DNA of 64,000 nt from Blepharisma stoltei ATCC 30299 (Eukaryota; Protista; Ciliophora): NCBI GenBank assembly GCA_965603825.1, contig CBFDEM010000012.1:744001-808000 (forward strand). The letters run 5' to 3'. The notes below the pieces were generated by a model, which was not told the DNA's origin, ran no database searches, and saw only the letters and a list, made by a program, of their open reading frames with translations. Within the stretch, counting starts at the first letter, position 1. Every line of letters begins with the position of its first letter. Shown one piece after another: positions 23,314 through 33,172 of the stretch. The position numbers and the translations under genes were made by a program.

Positions 23314-25305
23314 ATGGATATTCCAAGGATATTAGAACACCTAAACGACTATCATCAAAATCCCAACGACGAAAACGGAATCGACGCTTTCAGTGAAGAA
23401 ATCAAAACTCTACTGGCTGAATCTACCAAAATTTTGGATAGCATTGGCTCCGATATCAGCTGAAACACAATGATAAGCAGAATCAATAATCTTCTACCCA
23501 AGTCTCCTAACCACCAAGAAATAAAATTTTTTAGCCTTCTTGCGACACATGCAAACTCAGCTAAACTAAATATTAATATCCCAACCACCCTTATTAGGCT
23601 GAAATCAGAACCGTCTCCTCTTCTAATTCAAACCAATAAAAAAAATATTGTGGAGATAAGAGAATGTGTGGAAAAAGAATTTTTTGAGCTGGAAAGCACA
23701 AGCAGCAGCCCAGGCTTCCCTTCGTTCTGCTTTAAAAATTTCGCTAAAGAAATCGTAGTTGCGTTTTCAAAAGAAACGGCAGCCAAACTGTGAAATTCTA
23801 GCAACGATGACGCTTTGATGCAATTTTTCATACAAAGTCAAGCAAACCCATCAGCGATTACCAGGGTGTTATGGAAAAAAGGGACAAAAAATAAATATTT
23901 TACTATAATAAATAGAAAAGCAGCCACAAAAAGGCTCATACACAACGCTTCAGGGACTTTGACATCTAAACGAAAAAAGCTTACGACTGGGTTCCGCTAT
24001 TCTCTTGCCTCGTTGCCTAGCCCTTCTCCTACCTACCCATTTAAATCCAAAAAATCTTCCAAAGGTGAAAACCCTTTTGGCTCCCCTTATATGTCCAAAA
24101 ATAAATCCCGCAGGTCCGATATTTTTAAAACCTTTTCCAACGATACAAAATCCGCGACTAATTTTGACAATTTAATTGAGAAAAATATGGTGATTCACGG
24201 GAATAAATGCAAAGAATATTTAGTTATCACAAATGATACAGCCAGCTGCCTGGCTAGCGAAAGTTTTGGGAAAATTGAAGAAATTGATGAAATGGTCAAT
24301 GAGGTGGCTGAGTTTTTGACTTATCATGTATTTAATAGAGAAACAAAAGGACTAGTACTTGACTTTGTGAAGGATATTAATAATAAATGGTTTTTACTTG
24401 ACTGTAAAGAACATCTAATTGACCATTCGAAACATATGGAGAAAAGCAATAAGGTGCATAGCCCGAAATACCCATTGAAACTGACTGATATGGACATTCC
24501 AGGGATGCATAGGACTGATACAGGGAGCATGAGCGAGCTGAACCACCCAATGTCTGCAAGGGCTAAACAAGTTCAAAGGAGGAAAACAGTGGAAAAGCTG
24601 ACCCCGATTAAGAAAAGAAAAGCAACTGTAAAAATGAATGATATTTATGACAGGTTTAACAAAATTAATGAAAAAATAGACCGCTTAAGCTCTCAAAAGA
24701 TTTCTCATTCCTCATTGACAAGGTCAGAAAGCATCCAAAATTACCTTAGTAATTATAATAATTTTCAGCCTCATCTTCCTGACTTAACTCCTACCCATGC
24801 TTCAGTCGCTAAATTTGATAAATGTCCATTTGGAGAGCAAAAGCATGACGAAAGCCCTGTGGTTTTATCTACACGAAAATATTTTTCAGAAGCTGTTGAC
24901 AATTACGAAGAAATGAAAATGAATGTAAATATCGCAAAAACAAAAAAAATAAATTTATTCACAAAATATGGTGGAGAAGCTTTTTGGAGCAAATTTATAG
25001 TTTCTCTCTATAACAAAGTATTGGGCTGTGACGAGCTAAATAAGTATTTTAAAGACTCAAAAATCGAAAGTTTCCAAATGATCGTAAAAGGGATGTTCAA
25101 AATGTTCCATGGAAACCTTAACCTAGAATTACGAGGAAGATTAAGAGCTGCCCATCATGCAAAAGGAATTACAGTTAAAGAATACAATTGTTATGCAGAA
25201 ATGTTTTATTTGACGCTTACTGAGTTTAAGGTAGATGACGAAGATATCCAAGGGATGATGTCCCAAATTAGTATGATGAAAAGCTTGATTTGTAAAGACG
25301 CATAG
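23314..25305 (+). CDS. ATP-grasp-like domain fused to C-terminal truncated (2/2) globin, paralog 2
   Basis: ATG 23314 (MDIPRILEHLNDYHQN vs MEIPKILENLNDYHQN); TGA 23461 and 23791 as Trp; KYGG..LYNKV..YF..RLRAAH..GITVKEY. Confidence 0.85.
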
Positions 25306-25352
25306 TATGATAAGTCTTATATAAGAAATATTTAAAATAAATTACGGCAAGT

Positions 25353-26387
25353 TTATTTCTTTTTCTTGCCTTTCTTCTTACCTTTTTTCTTCTTTTTCCC
25401 TTTAGTTCTCAGCTTTTTGTTGTCTTTGATAGCTTTTTCAATTGCTTTTAGAGTGTCTCGTGATATTTTTTCTGGCAGCTTAATTTCGTTTATGGCGTAG
25501 ACAATGTCAGCTCCTTCATCATTTTTCTCAGTCAAAAACCCAAGAATAAACTGTGCGCCAGTCTCGTAAAATCCATTATGGGTAAAATCCAAAGTTTTTA
25601 GAGTTTTATTAGTAAAAACCAAATTTCTCAGAGTTGTCAGGACTAATTCTTCTTCTCCAAACTGATTATCAGTCAAATCTACTGACACAACTGAGCTGTT
25701 TATCATTAACCCTCTAAATAAAATAACGACTCCTTGGTTTCTTAAACAATTCCCTTGAAGATTTAGATCTTTAATATTGCATTGCTGATTAATGATGATT
25801 TCCATGATGAATCTTGCGCCTTCTCCTGTTATTCCACAAAACGCGAGGCTTAAGTGAAATAGAGTTTGGTTTAGCCGAAGCCCTTTAGAAAGCAGCTCTA
25901 CCCCTGCATCGCCAAAGTTATTGTAGTCTAGCTTTAAGCTCAATATAAAATTTCTTGAACCGATACCAAAAATTTGGCCTATGAACTCACAGCCTAAAGG
26001 ACTGATTTTACTATTCACAATTTCAATAGTCCTCATTGAGATAGCGTTTATTAAGTACATGGATAGAGACCTTGCACCTTCATCTTCGATTCCAGCATCC
26101 CATAGATGAACTTCTTTTAAGTATTTATAGTCATACTCTCTTAGGGCGTCTGCTAGACATTTCATTCCTTCTGGGCCGATGTTTTCTCATAGGGCAAGCT
26201 CTTCTAGATTTCCTGGGGTTTTTTCATCTCTTAAAATAATGAATTTTTCTATTAGCTTACGAGGCATGGCAAGGCCAGCTGCTTGGAGATTTTTTCTGTA
26301 CAGTCTATATACTTTTTCTGTGGTTTCGTCTTGGAGCATATCTTTTTTGGATCGTCCTCCAGGTTTCCCTGCAGTTTTTGGAGGCAT
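25353..26387 (-). CDS. RNI-like leucine-rich repeat protein with poly-Lys tail
   Basis: ORFs joined across TGA 26189-26187; LxLxxNxxGxxG repeats. Confidence 0.88.
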
Positions 26388-26474
26388 CAGTTATTTATAT
26401 TTAAAATGTTTAATTGAATAATTTGATAAATATAAATCGATTCTTAATTTTCAAAAATATTTATTATTTTCCAA

Positions 26475-27644
26475 TTAAATGAGCTCAGCAATGTCTTTCG
26501 GCATCTCATCAATTTGTGTTGAATAATACTGCTCAATATCTCTCAAAAGTCTCACATCTTCATTTCTTACCAAATTAATCGCAACTCCTTTTCTCCCATA
26601 TCTCCCACTTCTCCCAATTCTATGAATATACAACTCTCTATTCGTTGGAATATCATAATTAATCACAAGTGACACCTGCTGGACATCTAGCCCTCTTCCC
26701 CATATATCAGTTGCAATTAGAACCCTGCTGGTCCCGCTCCTAAAGTCCTCCATAATTGCGTCTCTTTCTTTCTGTGGCATTTCTCCATGCATCATAGCCA
26801 CAGTAAAATTTGCCTCCCTCATCTTCCCAGTCAGCCATTCTACTTTTCTCCTTGTATTTACAAAAATGACGGCTTGTGTAATGACTAGTGTATCATATAA
26901 ATCACAAAGGGTGTCAAATTTCCATTCTTCCTTTTCCACAGCTACAAAAAACTGTTTAATTCCTTCTAAGGAAAGCTCGTCTCTTTTTACTAAAATTTTG
27001 ACAGGATTTTTCATGAAGTTTTCAGTCATGATCAGGATTTCTTTGGGGAGAGTCGCGGAGACAACAATACATTGGGTGTTAAACGGGAGGTAACGGTAGA
27101 TGTCGTAGACTTGGTCTTTAAAGCCTTTGCTGAGCATTTCGTCAGCTTCGTCAAGAATTAGTAGACGGATCGATCGAGTGCGAAGATTTCGACGCTGGAT
27201 CATGTCAAAAACACGTCCAGGAGTGCCAGAAACGATGTGAACACCATGGTCAAGCCTTCTGATATCCTCTGCAAGGGATTTTCCGCCGATACAAGCATGA
27301 ACTTGAACACTCATATAGTCTCCGAGTGCCATAGCCACTCTTTGGCTTTGCTCTGCAAGTTCTCTTGTAGGTGACAGGATCAAGCATTGAGGCTCTCTGA
27401 CTGACAAGTCAAGGCTTTGCAAAGCTGCGACACAGAAAACGCAGGTTTTGCCAGTCCCTGCCTGGCTTTGGACAATTACATCTCTTCCTTCAATAATTGG
27501 CAAAATTGCTCTTTGTTGAACAGCTGATGGTTTTTCAAAGCCATAACTGTAAATTCCTCTTAAAAGGTCTTCTCGAAGGCCAAGCAAGTCAAAAGAAGGC
27601 ACAACCCTGATGTCTTCAGAACTCTCGAAAGTCACTGATTCCAT
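26475..27644 (-). CDS. EIF4A3: DEAD-box helicase eIF4A-III (EJC core)
   Basis: [45 protein letters not shown]. Confidence 0.96.
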   Translation of the reverse strand: MESVTFESSEDIRVVPSFDLLGLREDLLRGIYSYGFEKPSAVQQRAILPIIEGRDVIVQSQAGTGKTCVFCVAALQSLDLSVREPQCLILSPTRELAEQSQRVAMALGDYMSVQVHACIGGKSLAEDIRRLDHGVHIVSGTPGRVFDMIQRRNLRTRSIRLLILDEADEMLSKGFKDQVYDIYRYLPFNTQCIVVSATLPKEILIMTENFMKNPVKILVKRDELSLEGIKQFFVAVEKEEWKFDTLCDLYDTLVITQAVIFVNTRRKVEWLTGKMREANFTVAMMHGEMPQKERDAIMEDFRSGTSRVLIATDIWGRGLDVQQVSLVINYDIPTNRELYIHRIGRSGRYGRKGVAINLVRNEDVRLLRDIEQYYSTQIDEMPKDIAELI

Positions 27645-27674
27645 TTAAAAAATAATAATAAATCCAATTTAAAT

Positions 27675-28337
27675 ATGATACAAGCAACTGATAAGGCGTC
27701 AATCAGAAATGCCGTCAATAGGTTTGGGCCTGCCCCAGGCGCTCAAGCTATGCTAAGCCTAGAAATGCAAGCAGCTCAGCTGGCAATAGAAAGAGGGCTC
27801 TATATAACTTGGAGATCGCCTTCTACAAGGCACGAATGCACCCGTGTAGGTCCAGGCTGCAAATGCTTTTGTGGGCACTTTTTTCAAGACCATGATATTA
27901 ATAAGAAAACAAACCCTTGTCAAGCTTGTGTTTGTAAAAGATTTCAGTTTATTCCACAAAGGCCAGAAGAGGTTGGAGAATGGTGGTTACCTAGACGTAA
28001 AGAATTCAATATAAATACCTATCGAGTAAAATGTAAATGTAACCATACCCATGAAGAGCATAACCCAAATACTCAGTCCTGTGTATTGTGCCCCTGCTAC
28101 AGATTTGAGTCAAATTTCTTGTGCTTGGTATGCGATAAACACTGAGAAGAGCATGAAGTCTTTTATGAGATGGAGTGGGAAAGGAGAGCTGAAGGGAGAA
28201 CAACTGGGCAAGAGTTCTTGCCACTAGCCCAGGATAGAGATATACAAGAAGCAGTTTTTAATAATCCTAGACCTCCTGTGCAATTTGTCCGCCCACAGCA
28301 GAAAAAAGGCAAAGTAGGAAAAATAATGAAAAAATAA
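27675..28337 (+). CDS. FAM221-family Cys/His-rich protein
   Basis: CTRVGP.CKCFCGH, FIPQRPEEVGEWWL, CKCNHTHEEH, CDKHW(TGA)EEHE; TAA 28335-28337. Confidence 0.87.
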
Positions 28338-28453
28338 TTATATAGGTATAAACCAAGATTTAAAGAAATGCATAAACGTGAATTGATTATTATTAATAAT
28401 TTAATCTAATTTCAGCTATTCCATATAAAATCCTATACCTTCTACTAAAATAA

Positions 28454-29425
28454 ATGGCGAAGCTACCTGACGAGTTGAAATTTATCAAGCCCTTCCTAGT
28501 TCGGTCCCTTGAAATGGAAACCGCAATGCCGCTGGTCTCCTATTACACCCACCTCTACGCTGTGCAGCTTGCAATGGAGTACCACAAGCAAAACTCCAAA
28601 AACCAAACAGTCCGACAATATGTCATTACCCTCTTAAATGAGACTGAACAAAAAAAAGCCCAGCTTGGCGAAGTCCAGAACCCTAAAGACCAATTTGAGT
28701 CCTTCTGCACTGCCTTATTCGTCAAAGCTGATACTGAAGATCGCAAAGAAGGCTCAACAAAACTTACGGCACAGACCTTTTTGGTCACCAGCTATTTCAT
28801 AGAAGCTATGAGGGTGTTTGAGGAGCTGCCGCCTGACTGGGAAGAGAAAAGGGTCTATTGTAAGTGGAAAGCTAATGATATCAATAAAGCGCTGAAAGCA
28901 GGACTTGTGCCTCAGAGAGGGGGACCAGGAGAAGCCCAAGCAGAAAATGAGCAAGGAGAAGTACAGCCGGAGCAAGGGGATAAGAGCTTGGAGAAGGAAT
29001 ATGATGATTTGTCGCTGCCTAGTCCGCCGACAGGATTCCAATCAAAAGGTTCTACACCTTCTGCTGATTTTTATCCACCTCCTCCACCTGCTCAGACAAG
29101 ACAGCCACCTCCAAGTCCGCCTTCTGATTTTTATCCACCTCCTCCAGCTCAGACAAGATTGCCTCCTCCAAGCCAGCCTTCTGGGTACGACCTACCTCCT
29201 CCTCAGCCATATACAACCCCTCAGCCTCAAAATAATCCTCCTCCACCCTCAAAACCAGCTACTATCCCATCTGGAGTACCAAAAGGGCAAAGAGAAATTA
29301 GAGCTGCCATAGAAAAAGCCAAAAAAGAAGCCCAATATGCAATTCAAGAACTAGAATATAAAAACGTAGCCCCTGCAATTAAAAACCTCCAAAATGCATT
29401 GAATATACTAAATGAATTTCAATAA
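28454..29425 (+). CDS. VTA1: Vps4 activator VTA1/LIP5
   Basis: N-terminal MIT region (LVSYY..LYAVQ, YCKWKA), Pro-rich linker, C-terminal VSL (AKKEAQYAIQELEY.NV..AI.NL..AL). Confidence 0.9.
   Translation: MAKLPDELKFIKPFLVRSLEMETAMPLVSYYTHLYAVQLAMEYHKQNSKNQTVRQYVITLLNETEQKKAQLGEVQNPKDQFESFCTALFVKADTEDRKEGSTKLTAQTFLVTSYFIEAMRVFEELPPDWEEKRVYCKWKANDINKALKAGLVPQRGGPGEAQAENEQGEVQPEQGDKSLEKEYDDLSLPSPPTGFQSKGSTPSADFYPPPPPAQTRQPPPSPPSDFYPPPPAQTRLPPPSQPSGYDLPPPQPYTTPQPQNNPPPPSKPATIPSGVPKGQREIRAAIEKAKKEAQYAIQELEYKNVAPAIKNLQNALNILNEFQ
29064..29208 (+). repeat. Coding ~60-bp tandem repeat in the VTA1 linker
   Basis: DFYPPPP(P)AQTRxPPPSxPS twice plus a degenerate third copy. Confidence 0.85.
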
Positions 29426-29478
29426 ATTATTTTTACTATCTAAATTAATACAAATTTCCCTATTTTCTATTAATTAAC

Positions 29479-32013
29479 ATGTCCAAAGAGTCATCCAGTC
29501 CCACACATTTCCCGAAACTTACAAAGCCAGGCTATTTCACCATTCCAAGTATAAGCGCTTTATCTGATTTTTCAAGTGAGCAGCTTTCTAGAGTTAACGG
29601 ATTCACAATTGCAAACAGGCATGGGAAAATTGTGTTTGAAGGCTTTACCGATTTAAGAGGCCTGGATCTTGATAAAATTGTGAATATAGAGAAAAATGAT
29701 GTCACAGTCTATCCTGATGATTTTTCCAAGCCAGTGGTAGGGGAAGGGCTAAATAAGCCAGCGTGCATAACTTTTTATGGTACCATTGCCAAAAAAAGCC
29801 TTAAAGTTTATAATCAAGCCCTTCTAAAGTTTTTGCCAGCATCAGATGTAAGGAATATTTAGTCAAAACTGGTTGAATCCAATAAAAATACCAATTCTTT
29901 AACATTTAAGGTACCCCATTTTACGCGCTATGGCTTCTTTGATGATACAGACTCAGACGAAGAGCAGCCTAACCCTAGAGATACCAAGCATCCAGACTAT
30001 CCCAAAGACAAAGGAGAAGGCTTATTTTCTGAAGAAGAGGAAGCACAAATTTATATCCCAGAATTCAAAGAGCCGCCATCACGAAAAGCCAAAGAAGAAG
30101 CTGAAGAAGCAGAAATGGTTGTTGAGCACCCTGCAGACGAGCCAAAACATATCTGTCTTAATGAGCATTTCCGCATCTGCTTCAGTCCTAACGGTAAATT
30201 TTTTTTGCCGACTGAAAAAAATGAGCTTGTCCCGTTTTCAGTTGCCAAGCCAGACCATGACGTCGCTGACTCTCTTGAGCTGCACCTACAATATCTCGAA
30301 CCCCCCAAAATCGCCAAAAAAGTTCCAGGAATAAGCGGATTTTCTTTTAAAAATAAGCAAAATTTATGGAAAAGACTAGCCAAGCTGTATATAATGAAGA
30401 TGAACAAAGAAGAGTGACCAGGAAACGCCATGCTCTGGAGCTTGGTAAATGTTCTGTATGGAGACTCCACAATAAATACATATGAAGCTTTAAATTCCCA
30501 AGAATACCTTGAAAACTGGACGAGCACTGAGCATAGTCCTGAAAGCGTGACATTAAACAGAAAAAGAGGCCTCAGGTATTGGATAAAGGCATGGAACTGC
30601 TTATTTGAGCCTTTAGAAACTGAAGATGCTGGCGAAAAAATCCTTAGCCAAATGGCAAGAGGTGAAATAAAAGAAGCTGTAATAACAGCAATCCAAAGCA
30701 AAAATCTGTTTTTAGCTAATTTACTAAGCCAAAGCACGTCTGGGGACTTTAAAAGATGTGTAAAAAGGCAGCTGGATGCGTGACTGGGTAACAAAACAGT
30801 TGATCTTTTCCCTGAGTCTATATATAAAATTTATAGACTTATGTCTGGAGAGCTTGATATAGCCCAGCTGGTTGACTGAAAACAGTCCCTTCAGCTAGTA
30901 ATGACGTATGGGCTTCCTTTAAATACAGACATCCAGCAGGCTTTTGAATATTTTGATAAGCATATTAAAGAAGAAAACGCTGAATGCTACCCATATTTGC
31001 CTATAAATAAGCAAAAAATCGACCTTTGCTACTATTTAATAGAGCTTTATTCTAGGCCAAAAGATGCAATAGAAAACCTTACTTTTGCGCTAAATCCTCA
31101 CACAATTCAGCAGAATTTTAATTTAGAAGCTTCATGAATGACTATGGTGGCTTTATATGGGGTCTACTATTATTCCAATTTCTCTGACAGTTTTTGGTCA
31201 AATCGGCTGAACTCTAACGTTGACGAAATTTTTAAAAATCTCCAAAAACTATCATATGCCTTCGCAGAAGAGCTGGAATTTAATGGAAATTGGCAATGGG
31301 CTGTCTATGTTCTAATGTTCATAACCAACTCTCAAAAATTGATAAAGCAGCTTATATCTCGCCATGCTTTTGAAATTGACCTTCATGAAGAGTTTTTAAT
31401 AGACGATTTGCATATCCCCAAAGCGTGAATAGATGAAGCCAAAGGTCTAGCTTGCGAAGCCACTTTTGACTACTTAAACTCCATCATGCACTATCTAAAC
31501 TGTGAAGACTACTATAGAGCTCATAACATTTTTATGGAAAACGCTGCCCCACAATGCATAATTTCTTTTGAAGGGGACGCCCTATATGAGCATCTATATG
31601 AGCGAATTATTCTCCCGCTTCAAGAAAAGTCACATGAGCTCGCTTCATGGAGCTTTAGTGGGGATTTATATTGTAAATACCTGCATATTGCACAAAGAAT
31701 GGAGGATTTTTATAGAAATGAGTTTAAATATTCAGATTTAGTAGAGCTTATCATCAAGATAAAAGAATTGGTAAGCGCAATGAAAGAGCTACCTATTTCT
31801 AGCATAAAGCAGCAGGCGGGGATTAGTATTATGGAAAAGAACTTGGGGGACTGGCATCTAGAGCTGAATCAGAAATTGTTGGTTTTAGATGACCATGAAG
31901 AAAACTTGCCTGAGAAGATTTATTTGAGGTTTATACAGAGAGGGGATGCGATTCAGCAAGCTGAAAAATTTGCAGGGTTATACTTGAAGCAGATGGCAAG
32001 TAAAATTAGATAA
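29479..32013 (+). CDS. NUP96: Nup96 precursor with N-terminal Nup98-type autoproteolytic domain and no FG repeats
   Basis: PKLTKPGYFTIPS..GLDLDKIV..VTVYPDD..GEGLNKPA; after intron 29848-29862 FKVPHFTRYG; Nup96 motifs DWKQSL, GNWQWAVYVL, IPKAWIDEAK; five TGA-Trp (30415, 30781, 30877, 31135, 31426). Confidence 0.92.
29848..29862 (+). other. 15-nt intron
   Basis: GTAAGGAATATTTAG, in-frame TAG. Confidence 0.9.
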
Positions 32014-32193
32014 AATTATTTCTATTTGAAAAGGTTAAATATCTTTATTAATATTATTGATATTTATAATTTGAGTTAAATCATTAGAGAAATAGCAACT
32101 GGAAATAATAAAAATATGCTTAATAAGGATATAAGTATTTTCATATCTTCATTAATTTGATTAGTTAAATATTAAGTGAGTAGTTAAATTAAA

Positions 32194-32700
32194 ATGTCTG
32201 TGGTTCAAGCAGTAACTTGTATGCTTGAGACTTATTTAGAGCAGACAGATCCCGAACCGAGTGTAAACCTAACTACATACTTTCATTCTAAAAAGCCTCC
32301 CAACATATCTATTAAGAATTATCTTCGAAGGCTTGAGGATTACATGAAATGCTCCGAAGAGTGCTACGTCCTTGCACTCATCTATATCGATCGAATAACG
32401 TCTAACGAGCGATTTTTCGTCATCGATTCCCTTTGCATCCATCGTCTAATATTGACAGGTGTGATGATAGCCGCAAAATTTTCAGAGGACATTTACTATA
32501 AAAACTCTTACTATGCAAAGGTAGGAGGGATTTCAAACTCTGAGCTAAACCTTTTGGAACTCCAATTTTTGCTCTTGCTTGATTTCAATTTGTTTGTTGC
32601 AGAAGAGGACTATCAAAAATACCAGAAAACGCTTCTTGAGCATTTCGGTCAAGTATCCGAAAAGGATATAATTGAGGGATTGACCAAGAAGTGTGAGTAA
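32194..32700 (+). CDS. PHO80/P(U)-type cyclin
   Basis: FHSKKPPNISIKNYLRR, ALIYIDR, AAKFSED, YYAKVGGIS.SELNLLE. Confidence 0.92.
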   Translation: MSVVQAVTCMLETYLEQTDPEPSVNLTTYFHSKKPPNISIKNYLRRLEDYMKCSEECYVLALIYIDRITSNERFFVIDSLCIHRLILTGVMIAAKFSEDIYYKNSYYAKVGGISNSELNLLELQFLLLLDFNLFVAEEDYQKYQKTLLEHFGQVSEKDIIEGLTKKCE

Positions 32701-33172
32701 ACGAGGGGATTATTTCTGAGTTTTTGGAGATTATTCGCGTTATTAAATAATCCTCTGGCTGTAAAAAAATAAAAATTTAAAGTATTCTCTGAATGGTTAG
32801 ATAAATAATAAAAATGCTAAAAGTATAAAGAACCTTTGCTATATGGTTGCATAAATAAATTGATTTTTATCGTTGAAGTTACAGAGATCATGCGCACAAA
32901 AAGAATAAAAAACACAAACACAAAGAGAATCATTTATAAATGAAATTTATGGTTGAGCTATTATTAAAATCAGTATTATTTATTCTGTTTAAATCAGAAT
33001 AAGATATCGTATTTAATTGAAAATTATCATTGCCGGTTCTTTTATGCTAAATAAATCTAATATTAGATTGATTAATTTTTCGCTAAGATTTTTTAATATA
33101 AATCTCAACCTATTTTCCCATTTCATTAATCAAGTTCTTGACAATTCAAATCTTTTCATATTTACTTTTATT

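Noticed and set aside
30051-30794. 247-aa antisense ORF, and similar shadow ORFs such as 37701-38234 and 58572-59015
   Set aside because: Lie opposite well-supported genes and have no recognisable motifs
28454-32013. VTA1 next to Nup96 as a functional or fused unit
   Set aside because: VTA1 has a complete C-terminus and TAA; adjacency alone is not evidence
33017-33172. N-terminal extension of the 33017 ORF
   Set aside because: Starts at TTG and reads like AT-rich intergenic sequence; first ATG is 33173
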